Part shown: positions 41,801 to 59,656 of the stretch, one piece after another
How the letters are laid out: each line of letters starts with the position of its first letter
Position numbering within the stretch: the first letter of the stretch is position 1
Origin: the human T2T-CHM13v2.0 reference genome, Homo sapiens
Length of the DNA stretch: 64,000 nt
Strand: one strand, 5' to 3'
NCBI RefSeq assembly: GCF_009914755.1
Contig: NC_060948.1
Made by a program: the position numbers and the translations under genes
The notes under the pieces: generated by a model
Told to the model about the DNA's origin: nothing
What the model saw: only the letters and a program-made list of their open reading frames with translations
The model's database searches: none

Positions 41801-44800
41801 AATGAAACGGAATCGAATGTCATAGAATGTAATGGAATGCAACAAAATGGAATCCAAAATCATTGACTGGAAAGGCTGGGTGTCGAAAGGAATTGACTCC
41901 AATGGAATGGAATCGAATGGAATGGAAGTGAATAGAATCGAACTAAATCGAATGGAATGGAATTGATAGGAACGGAATGGAAAGGAATGCAATGATTTGG
42001 CATGGAATGGAATCGAATGGCATCGAATGGAATGGAATGGAATGCAATGGAATGGAATGTATTAGAATGTAATGAACTTTAATGGAATGTACTCGAATGG
42101 ATTCGACTGGAATGGAATGTTCTGGAAGTGAATGGACTCCAATGGAATGGATTCAAAAGGAATGGAATCGTACGGAATGGAATCTAATGGAAGGGAATTA
42201 AATGGAAATGAATCAAATTGAATAGCACGGAATTGAATTGAATGGAATGGAATGCAATGGAATCTAATGAAACGGAAAGGAAAGGAATGGAATGGAATGG
42301 AATGGGCTGGAATGGAAAGGAATCGAAACGAATGGAATGGAATCGAACTGAAGAGACTGGAATGGAATGCACTGGAATGGAAGGGAGTGTAATGAAGGTT
42401 CTCGAAAAAAATGGAATCGAATGGAATGGAATTGAATGGAACGGAATAGAGTCGAATGGAATTGAATGGAATGGAATGGACTAGAGTGAAATGGAATCGA
42501 ACCACAAGGAATGGACAGGAATAGAATGGTCTCGAATTGAATGGAATCGTATGGAATGGCATCAAACGGAATGGAATGGACAGCCACGGAATGGAATGCA
42601 CTCGAATGCAATGGAGTCGAAACTAATGGACTGGAATAGAATGGACTCGACTGGTACGGACTCCAATGGAATGGAATCGAATGGAAGGGAATCGAACGGA
42701 ATGGACTCGAAGGGAAAAGACTGCAATGGAAAGGTCTCGAATGGAATGGAAATTAATGGAATGGAATGGAATCGAATGAAATGGAGTCAAAAGGAATGGA
42801 ATCGAATGGCAAGAAATCGAATGTAATGGAATCGCAAGGAATTGATGTGAACGGAACGGAATGGAATGGAATCCAAAGGAATGGAATAGAATGGAATGGA
42901 ATCGAATGGAAAGGACTCGAATGGAAATCACTCGAATAGAATGCAATTTAATAAAATAGGATCAAATGGAATGGAATGGAATGGAAAGGAATCGAAACGA
43001 AAGGAATGGAGACAGATGGAATGGAATGGAACAGAGAGCAATGGTATAGAATGGAATGGAATCATCTGGAATGGAATTGAATGGAATGGAATAATATGAA
43101 ATGGAATGGAATGGAATGGAATGGAATGCCCTTGAATTAAATGGACTGGAATGGAATGGACTCGAACAGAGTGGAATGGAAAGTGTTGAGATAGAATGGA
43201 ATGGACTCCTTTGGAATGGTGTAGTATGCAATGCAATCGACTGGCAGGGAATCAAAAGGAATGTAATGGAATGGATTGGACTGGAATGCAATGGACTCGA
43301 ATAGATTGGAAACGGAATGCAAAGGAATGGAATGGAATAGTATGGAATGGAATGGAAAGGAATGGAGTGGAATAGACTAGAGTGGAATGGAATGGACTGG
43401 AAAGCAATGGACTGGAATGGAACTTTCTTGAATGGACTGGAATCAAACGGAATGGAATGCAATGCAATCAAATGGCATGGAATAAAATAGAATGAAAGAG
43501 AATCAAATGGAATTGAATCGAATGGAATCGAATGGATTGGAAAGGAATAGAATGGAATGGAATGGAATTGACTCAAATGGAATGGACTAGAATGGAATGG
43601 ATTCGAATGGAAGGCAAATGAATGGAATCTATTGGAATGGACTGTAATGGAATGGAATGGAAGGGATTGGAATGGACTCGAATGGAATGGACTGCAATAG
43701 AAAGGATTCGAATGGAATGAAAAAGAATTGAATGGAATAGAACAGAATGGAATCAAATCGAATGAAATGGAATGGAAGAGAAAGGAATGGAATGAAATGG
43801 AATGGAAAGGATTCGAATGGAATGCAATCGAATGGAATGGAATCGAACGGAATGGAATAAAATGGAAGAAAACTGGCAAGAAATGGAATCGAAATGAATG
43901 GAGTGTTATGGAACGGACTCAAAAGGAATTGAATGTAATAGAATGGAGTGGAGTGGACTCGAATATAATGGACTGGAATGGAATGAAATCACATGGAATG
44001 GGAACGAATGGAATGGAATGGAAAGGAATGGAATCGAATGGAAAGGAATCGAATGGAAGGGAATGAAATTGAATCAACAGGAATGGAAGGGAGTAGAATA
44101 GACGGTAATGGAATGGACTCGAATAGAATGGACACGAATGCTCAAATTGAATGGACTCGAATGGAATGGAAACGAAAGGAATGTCATCGAATGGAATTGA
44201 ATCGATTGGAATGAAATCGCATAGAATGGAGTGGAATCAAATGGAATTGAATCGAAAGGAAAGGAAGCGAATGGACTGAAATGAAATGGACTGGAATTGA
44301 ATGGAAAGTTATGTAATAGAAAAGAATGGAACGAAATTTCACGGAATGGAATCAAACTGAATGGAATCAAATCAATGGAATCAAATCAAATGGAATGGAA
44401 AGGAATTGAATGGAGTAGATTGGATTGGATGGGATTGGAATGAAATGTACTGGAAAGGACTCGAATTTCATGAAACGGAATGCAATGAATTGGAACGGAA
44501 CGGACTCGAATGGAATGGAATGTCATGGAATGGCATCAAATGGAATGGCATCAAATGGAATGGAATCGAATGCAATGGAATGCTATGGAATGGAATGGAA
44601 TGCATTGGAATGGAATGTCCTCTAATGGAATGGATTCGAGTGGAATGGAATCGAATATAATGGAGTCGAATGAAATGGAATTGAAAGGAATGGGATCGAA
44701 TACAATGGAATATACTGGAATGTAATGTAATGAACTCGAATGTAATTGACTGGAATGGAATGTACATGAATGGAATGTAATCGAATGGAAAGTAATCCAA

Positions 44801-47800
44801 TGGAATAGAATTTAATGCAATAAAATCGACTCAGATAGAGTAGAATGTAATGGAATGGAGTGCAGTGCCATGGAATGGAATGGAATGGAATGCAATGGAA
44901 TGGAATGGAATGCAATGGAATGGAATGGAATGGAATGGAATGGAATGGGATGGAATGGTGTGGAATGGATAGTAATGGACTGGAGTGAAATGGACTGGAA
45001 AGGAATGGACTCAAATTGAAAGGGCTCGAAAGGAATGGAGTCAAATGGAATGGTCTGGAATGGAATGAACACGAATGTAATGCAATCCAATAGAATGGAA
45101 TCGAATGGCATGGAATATAAAGAAATGGAATCGAAGAGAATGGAAACAAATGGAATGGAATTGAATGGAATGGAATTGAATGGAATGGGAACGAATGGAG
45201 TGAAATTGTATGCAGTAGAAGAGAATAGAATGGAATGCAAGCGAAAGGAAAGGAATGGATTGGAATGGAATGGAATTCATTGGAATGGAAGGGAATGTAG
45301 TGTAATGGACAGGCCTGGAATAAAGTGGAATGCTACGGTCTCGAATGGAATAAAAATGTATGGAATGGAATGCAATGAAACGGAATCGAATGTCATAGAA
45401 TGTAATGGAATGCAAAAAAATGGAATCCAAAATCATTGACTGGAAAGGCTGGGTGTCGAAAGGAATTGACTCCAATGGAATGGAATCGAATGGAATGGAA
45501 GTGAATAGAATCGAACTAAATCGAATGGAATGGAATTGATAGGAACGGAATGGAAAGGAATGCAATGATTTGGCATGGAATGCAATCGAATGGCATCGAA
45601 TGGAATGGAATGGAATGCAATGGAATGGAATGTATTAGAATGTAATGAACTTTAATGGAATGTACTCGAATGGATTCGACTGGAATGGAATGTTCTGGAA
45701 GTGAATGGACTCCAATGGAATGGATTCAAAAGGAATGGAATCGTACGGAATGGAATCTAATGGAATGGAATTAAATGGAAATGAATCAAATTGAATAGCA
45801 CGGAATTGAATTGAATGGAATCGAATGCAATGGAATCTAATGAAACGGAAAGGAAAGGAATGGAATGGAATGGAATGGGCTGGAATGGAAAGGAATCGAA
45901 ACGAATGGAATGGAATCGAACTGAAGAGACTGGAATGGAATGCACTGGAATGGAAGGGAGTGTAATGGAAGGTTCTCGAAAAAAATGGAATCGAATGGAA
46001 TGGAATTCAATGGAACGGAATAGAGTCGAATGGAATTGAATGGAATGGAATGGACTAGAGTGAAATGGAATCGAACCACAAGGAATGGACAGGAATAGAA
46101 TGGTCTCGAATTGAATGGAATCGTATGGAATGGCATCAAACGGAATGGAATGGACAGCCACGGAATGGAATGCACTCGAATGCAATGGAGTCGAAACTAA
46201 TGGACTGGAATAGAATGGACTCGACTGGTACGGACTCCAATGGAATGGAATCGAATGGAAGGGAATCGAACGGAATGGACTCGAAGGGAAAAGACTGCAA
46301 TGGAGAGGTCTCGAATGGAATGGAAATTAATGGAATGGAATGGAATCGAATGAAATGGAGTCAAAAGGAATGGAATCGAATGGCAAGAAATCGAATGTAA
46401 TGGAATCGCAAGGAATTGATGTGAACGGAACGGAATGGAATGGAATCCAAAGGAATGGAATAGAATGGAATGGAATCGAATGGAAAGGACTCGAATGGAA
46501 ATCACTCGAATAGAATGCAATTTAATAAAATAGGATCAAATGTAATGGAATGGAATGGAAAGGAATCGAAACGAAAGGAATGGAGACAGATGGAATGGAA
46601 TGGAACAGAGAGCAATGGTATAGAATGGAATGGAATCATCTGGAATGGAATTGAATGGAATGGAATAACATGAAATGGACTGGAATGGAATGGAATGCCC
46701 TTGAATTAAATGGACTGGAATGGAATGGACTCGAACAGAGTGGAATGGAAAGTGTTGAAATAGAATGGAATGGACTGGTTTGGAATGGTCTAGTATGCAA
46801 TGCAATCGACTGGCAGGGAATCAAAAGGAATGTAATCGAATGGATTGGACTGGAATGCAATGGACTCGAATAGATTGGAAACGGAATGCAAAGGAATGGA
46901 ATGGAATAGTATGGAATGGAATGGAAAGGAATGGAGTGGAATAGACTAGAGTGGAATGGAATGGACTCGAAAGCAATGGACTGGAATGGAACTTTCTTGA
47001 ATGGACTGGAATCAAACGGAATGGAATGCAATGCAATCAAATGGCATGGAATAAAATAGAATGAAAGAGAATCAAATGGAATTGAATCGAATGGAATCGA
47101 ATGGATTGGAAAGGAATAGAATGGAATGGAATGGAATTGACTCAAATGGAATGGACTAGAATGGAATGGATTCGAATGGAAGGCAAAGGAATGGAATCTA
47201 TTGGAATGGACTGTAATGGAATGGAATGGAAGGGATTGGAATGGACTCGAATGGAATGGACTGCAATAGAAAGGATTCGAATGGAATGAAAAAGAATTGA
47301 ATGGAATAGAACAGAATGGAATCAAATCGAATGAAATGGAATGGAATAGAAAGGAATGGAATGAAATGGAATGGAAAGGATTCGAATGGAATGCAATCGA
47401 ATGGAATGGAATCGAACGGAATGGAATAAAATGGAAGAAAACTGGCAAGAAATGGAATCGAAATGAATGGAGTGTTATGGAACGGACTCAAAAGGAATTG
47501 AATGTAATAGAATGGAGTGGAGTGGACTCGAATATAATGGACTGGAATGGAATGAAATCACATGGAATGGGAACGAATGGAATGGAATGGAAAGGAATGG
47601 AATCGAATGGAAAGGAATCGAATGGAAGGGAATGAAATTGAATCAACAGGAATGGAAGGGAATAGAATAGACGGTAATGGAATGGACTCGAATAGAATGG
47701 ACACGAATGCTGAAATTGAATGGACTCGAATGGAATGGAAACGAAAGGAATGTCATCGAATGGAATTGAATCGATTGGAATGAAATCGCATAGAATGGAG

Positions 47801-48366
47801 TGGAATCAAATGGAATTGAATCGAAAGGAAAGGAAGCGAATGGACTGAAATGAAATGGAATGGAATTGAATGGAAAGTAATGCAATGGAATAGAATGGAA
47901 CGAAATTTCACGGAATGGAATCAAACTGAATGGAATCAAATCAATGGAATCAAATCAAATGGAATGGAAAGGAATTGAATGGAGTAGATTGGATTGGATG
48001 GGATTGGAATGAAATGTACTGGAAAGGACTCGAATTTCATGAAACGGAATGGAATGAATTGGAACGGAATGGACTCGAATTGAATGGAATGTCATGGAAT
48101 GGCATCAAATGGAATGGCATCAAATGGAATGGAATCGAATGTAATGGAATGGAATGCATTGGAATGGAATGTCCTCTAATGGAATGGATTCGAGTGGAAT
48201 GGAATCGAATATAATGGAGTCGAATGAAATGGAATTGAAAGGAATGTGATCGAATACAATGGAATATACTGGAATGTAATGTAATGAACTCGAATGTATT
48301 TGACTGGAATGGAATGTACATGAATGGAATGTAATCGAATGGAAAGTAATCCAATGGAATAGAATC

Positions 48367-49116
48367 ATATATGATATATAATATATGTATAATATTGTTT
48401 TACATCCTGCATCTTATGTTATATATATTGTATAAAATATAATAATTGATTATATATACTTTTATAACATAATTTACATAAAATATCATAATATAATATA
48501 TATTATATTATTTCATATTACATAATATATATTACATATCACCCAATATAAGTAACATACATAATATTATAATGTAGATTATATTATGTTATATTAAATA
48601 TCATATATATTATGTATCATATATTCTATAATATATATTATACATTATATAATATGTATGTTGTCTATTATGTGATATATATAACTATACATATAATTAT
48701 ATTATTATACGTATAACTAGATAAACATGTAATTCTACATATTTTCATTTATAATATATAGAATTATATAATCATATATAATTATGTATATTCTATAAAA
48801 AATTATATCATTATATAAATTATAATATATAAAAATTATAATATGTACTACAAATATATATATTATATATCATATATGATATAGTACCTTTGTTATATAT
48901 CATAATACATATAAATGTGTATTATGTTATCTATAATTATATAATTTCATATATAAGTTGTATAATATGTATTATATATTATATATGTTATGTAATATAT
49001 ATAGTATATATAAGATGACACAGGATAAATATTATATACTATGACATATAAGATATATGAGGTTATATGTTTCATATAAGGCATAGCACATAACATGTAA
49101 TATATATCATATATAA
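48367..49116. repeat. AT-rich segment of first DYZ2 unit, internally deleted (~769 bp missing at 48450/48451)
   Basis: ...AATAATTGAT is joined directly to TATATATACTTTTATAAC; in the next unit these lie at 50102 and 50872. Confidence 0.88.
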
Positions 49117-49408
<292 letters not shown>

Positions 49409-49980
49409 AGATCCATATTTTTTAAATGAAAAAAAATTTCAAAGGTACTCTGCTTGGTACAATAATCAAATGTATAAACTGAGGAATAAAACATAACCAT
49501 GAAACCTATTTATAACTGCATATGGAAAATACAGAGGATAATTTTTTAAATAACATATTGTTAAAGCCTTAACTAGTAATTTGAAGAGTTGGCATTTGAA
49601 AGGCCAGTATGAATATACCTTCACAGCAGCAACACAGGTTCCCCATGAGAAAAAGCAAACTCAGGGAAAATAAAACCACAAAGGTTCAATCTCTTCTGAC
49701 CTTTGAAAGACACAGCACAGACAGTGGTCCTTAGGACGAAGAGCAGGAGACCCCTAATTCCGTCACCATGGCGATAGGGCATAAACATTGCTGGGTGAGG
49801 GCACAATCCACATTGTGAGGTCCAACTGCTGCCAGGAAGACAGGAGTGCTTTTACATAGACCGAAAGGTCATTGAAGGCTCAGAGTTTTGTTTCAAGAAC
49901 TGAATCCCAAGCCCACACGTTATTAGGCTGCGCTTCTTAAAACAAGTTATGAGATGGGAAAAAGGGCACCCACAAACATA
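49409..49980. repeat. HSATI-like moderate-complexity segment of DYZ2 unit 1
   Basis: ~570 bp non-Alu, non-simple sequence repeated in each unit between the Alu and the AT-rich block; the name comes from known DYZ2 composition, not an alignment. Confidence 0.75.
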
Positions 49981-51829
<1,849 letters not shown>

Positions 51830-52401
51830 AGATCCATATTTTTTAAATGAAAAAAAATTTCAAAGGTACTCTGCTTGGTACAATAATCAAATGTATAAAC
51901 TGAGGAATAAAACATAACCATGAAACCTACTTATAACTGCATATGGAAAATACAGAGGATAATTTTTTAAATAACATATTTTGAAAGCCTTAACTAGTAA
52001 TTTGAAGAGGTGGCATTTGAAAGGCCAGTATGAATATACCTTCACAGCAGCAACACAGGTTCCCCATGAGAAAAAGCAAACTCAGGGAAAATAAAACCAC
52101 AAAGGTTCAATCTCTTCTGACCTTTGAAAGACACAGCACAGACAGTGGTCCTTAGGACGAAGAGCAGGAGACCCCTAATTCCGTCACCATGGCGATAGGG
52201 CATAAACATTGCTGGGTAAGGGCACAATCCACATTGTGAGGTCCAACTGCTGCCAGGAAGACAGGAGTGCTTTTACATAGACCGAAAGGTCATTGAAGGC
52301 TCAGAGTTTTCTTTCAAGAACTGAATCCCAAGCCCACACGTTATTAGGCTGCGCGTCTTAAAAGAAGTTATGAGATGGGAAAAAGGGCACCCACAAACAT
52401 A
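51830..52401. repeat. HSATI-like segment, DYZ2 unit 2
   Basis: Colinear copy of 49409-49980. Confidence 0.75.
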
Positions 52402-54247
<1,846 letters not shown>

Positions 54248-54819
54248 AGATCCATATTTTTTAAATGAAAAAAAATTTCAAAGGTACTCTGCTTGGTACA
54301 ATAATCAAATGTATAAACTGAGGAATAAAACATAACCATGAAACCTACTTATAACTGCATATGGAAAATACAGAGGATAATTTTTTAAATAACATATTTT
54401 GAAAGCCTTAACTAGTAATTTGAAGAGTTGGCATTTGAAAGGCCAGTATGAATATACCTTCAAAGCAGCAACACAGGTTCCCCATGAGAAAAAGCAAACT
54501 CAGGGAAAATAAAACCACAAAGGCTCAATCTCTTCTGACCTTTGAAAGACACAGCACAGACAGTGGTCCTTAGGACGAAGAGCAGGAGACCCCTAATTCC
54601 GTCACCATGGCGATAGGGCATAAACACTGCTGGGTGAGGGCACAATCCACATTGTGAGGTCCAACTGCTGCCAGGAAGACAGGAGTGCTTTTACATAGAC
54701 CGAAAGGTCATTGAAGGCTCAGAGTTTTGTTTCAAGAACTGAATCCCAAGCCCACACGTTATTAGGCTGCGCTTCTTAAAACAAGTTATGAGATGGGAAA
54801 AAGGGCACCCACAAACATA
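54248..54819. repeat. HSATI-like segment, DYZ2 unit 3
   Basis: Colinear copy. Confidence 0.75.
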
Positions 54820-56665
<1,846 letters not shown>

Positions 56666-57237
56666 AGATCCATATTTTTTAAATGAAAAAAAATTTGAAA
56701 GGTACTCTGCTTGGTACAATAATCAAATGTATAAACTGAGGAATAAAACATAACCATGAAAGCTACTTATAACTGCATATGGAAAATACAGAGGATAATT
56801 TTTTAAATAACATATTTTGAAAGCCTTAACTAGTAATTTGAAGAGTTGGCATTTGAAAGGCCAGTATGAATATACCTTCAAAGCAGCAACACAGGTTCCC
56901 CATGAGAAAAAGCAAACTCAGGGAAAATAAAACCACAAAGGTTCAATCTCTTCTGACCTTTGAAATACACAGCACAGACAGTGGTCCTTAGGAGGAAGAG
57001 CAGGAGACCCCTAATTCCGTCACCATGGCGATAGGGCATAAACATTGCTGGGTGAGGGCACAATCCACATTGTGAGGTCCAACTGCTGCCAGGAAGACAG
57101 GAGTGCTTTTACATAGACCGAAATGTCATTGAAGGCTCAGAGTTTTGTTTCAAGAACTGAATCCCAAGCCCACACGTTATTAGGCTGCACTTCTTAAAAC
57201 AAGTTATGAGATGGGAAAAAGGGCACCCACAAACATA
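56666..57237. repeat. HSATI-like segment, DYZ2 unit 4
   Basis: Colinear copy. Confidence 0.75.
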
Positions 57238-58792
57238 CGTATACATTATGTATATAATAATATACAGTATCATATATATAATATATATAACCTATGTATA
57301 ATATTGTTTTACATCCTGCATCTTATGTTATATATAGTATAAAATATAATAATTGATAATATATAAGTTTTATATTTATACAATATGACATATAGTATAT
57401 ATTATAATTTATGACATATATAATATATGTTATATATCATATATAGAATATATTATACGGTTAATATACGTATCAAATATAAATTATACATTATATATAT
57501 TATATATAATATATCTGTTATATATAATACCCATTATGCATAATATATATATTATGTCTATGTTATATATAGCATAAAACAACATATAATAATATATAAT
57601 TGTATATATAAAATGCGACATATAATATATATTATATTTTATGACATATGTAATACATATTATATATTATATATAATACGTTGTATGTATAACACCTATA
57701 TTAAATATATATTATATGACTATGTTATTAATTACATGTCACATATGTTATATATTATATATTTTACATAGAATATACCGGTTACATACAATATATACTA
57801 TGTTACCTATAATGTAAAATTTATTACATGTAAAATAAAGAATGCAATATATGATGTATAATTTATAATATACAATATGTGGAATGTGATATATATAACA
57901 TATAATATATGATATATGATATACAGTATATGATATATAACATACAATATATGATACCTAATATATATGGCATACAATATATATTTTATGATATGTATTC
58001 TATATGTTTTATATTCTGTTATATATAACTATTTGAAATTATATATAACTGTATAATATTTTATGTAAATATGTAATATAATATATATAACTATATAATA
58101 TATTATATATAACTATATATTATGTTATATATACTTTTATAACATAATTTACATAAAATATCATAATATAATATATATTATATTATTTCATATTACATAA
58201 ATATATATTACATATCACCCTATATAAGTAACATACATAATAGTATAATATAGATTATATTATGTTATATTAAATATCATATATATCATGTATCATATAT
58301 TCTATAATATATATTATACATTATATAATATGCATGTTGTCTATTATGTGATATATATAACTATATATATAATTATATTATTATACATATAACTAGATAA
58401 ACATGTAATTCTACATATTTTCATTTATAATATATAGAATTATATAATCATATATAATTATTTATATTCTATAAAAAATTATATCATTATATAAATTATA
58501 ATATATAAAAATTATAATATGTACTACAAATATATATATTATATATCATATATGATATAGTACCTTTGTTATATATCATAATACATATAAATGTGTATTA
58601 TGTTATCTATAATTATATAATTTCATATATAAGATGTATAATATGTATTATATATTATATATGTTATGTAATATATATAGTATATATAAGATGACACAGG
58701 ATAAATATTATATACTATGACATATAAAATATATGAGGTTATATGTTACATATAAGGCATAGCACATAACATGTAATATATATCATATATAA
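57238..58792. repeat. AT-rich segment, DYZ2 unit 5
   Basis: Colinear copy. Confidence 0.88.
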
Positions 58793-59084
<292 letters not shown>

Positions 59085-59656
59085 AGATCCATATTTTTTA
59101 AATGAAAAAAAATTTCAAAGGTACTCTGCTTGGTACAATAATCAAATGTATAAACTGAGGAATAAAACATCACCATGAAACCTACTTATAACTGTATACG
59201 GAAAATACAGAGGATAATTTTTTAAATAACATATTTTGAAAGCCTTAACTAGTAATTTGAAGAGTTGGCATTTGAAAGGCCAGTATGAATATACCTTCAA
59301 AGCAGCAACACAGGTTCCCCATGAGAAAAAGCAAACTCAGGGAAAATAAAACCACAAAGGTTCAATCTCTTCTGACCTTTGAAAGACACAGCACAGACTG
59401 TGGTCCTTAGGACGAAGAGCAGGAGACCCCTAATTCCGTCACCATGGCGATAGGGCATAAACATTGCTGGGTGAGGGCACAATCCACATTGTGAGGTCCA
59501 ACTGCTGCCAGGAAGACAGGAGTGCTTTTACATAGACCGAAAGGTCATTGAAGGCTCAGAGTTTTGTTTCAAGAACTGAATCCCAAGCCCACACGTTATT
59601 AGGCTGCGCTTCTTAAAACAAGTTATGAGATGGGAAAAATGGCACCCACAAACATA
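59085..59656. repeat. HSATI-like segment, DYZ2 unit 5
   Basis: Colinear copy. Confidence 0.75.

Larger units (their letters stand above)
1..48366. repeat. DYZ1: Human Satellite 3 array, DYZ1 (HSat3A6-type), ~3.56 kb unit built from diverged GGAAT pentamers; open at the left window edge
   Basis: Seen: continuous GGAAT/CGAAT/GGACT pentamers on +. The landmark GGAATTCATT (EcoRI) recurs at 863, 2588, 6157, 9711, 13275, 16848, 20402, 23941, 27510, 31049, 34603, 38152, 41700, 45273 (spacings 3539-3573 except one of 1725). Known: a ~3.56 kb EcoRI/HaeIII pentamer unit adjoining a 2.4 kb Alu-containing repeat is the DYZ1/DYZ2 organisation of Yq12. Confidence 0.96.

Noticed and set aside
1-48366. Inversions or foreign insertions (L1, Alu, unique DNA) inside the DYZ1 array; telomeric or G-quadruplex repeats
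   Set aside because: GGAAT stays on + throughout, no non-satellite segment was seen by eye, and there is no TTAGGG array or clustered GGG tract.
1-48366. Satellite III non-coding RNA gene
   Set aside because: Such transcripts are known for the family, but no start, end or promoter can be assigned from sequence alone.
11-48368. Hundreds of ORFs, including 418-aa minus-strand ORFs (3507-4763, 7076-8332, 10635-11891)
   Set aside because: MEWNG/FHSIP translations are the automatic product of stop-poor (GGAAT)n/(ATTCC)n; they overlap in multiple frames and gain or lose frame between units.
49621-49806. 61-aa minus-strand ORF repeated in each DYZ2 unit
   Set aside because: Its persistence reflects near-identity of satellite units; it is short, has no recognisable domain, and several differences between copies are non-synonymous.
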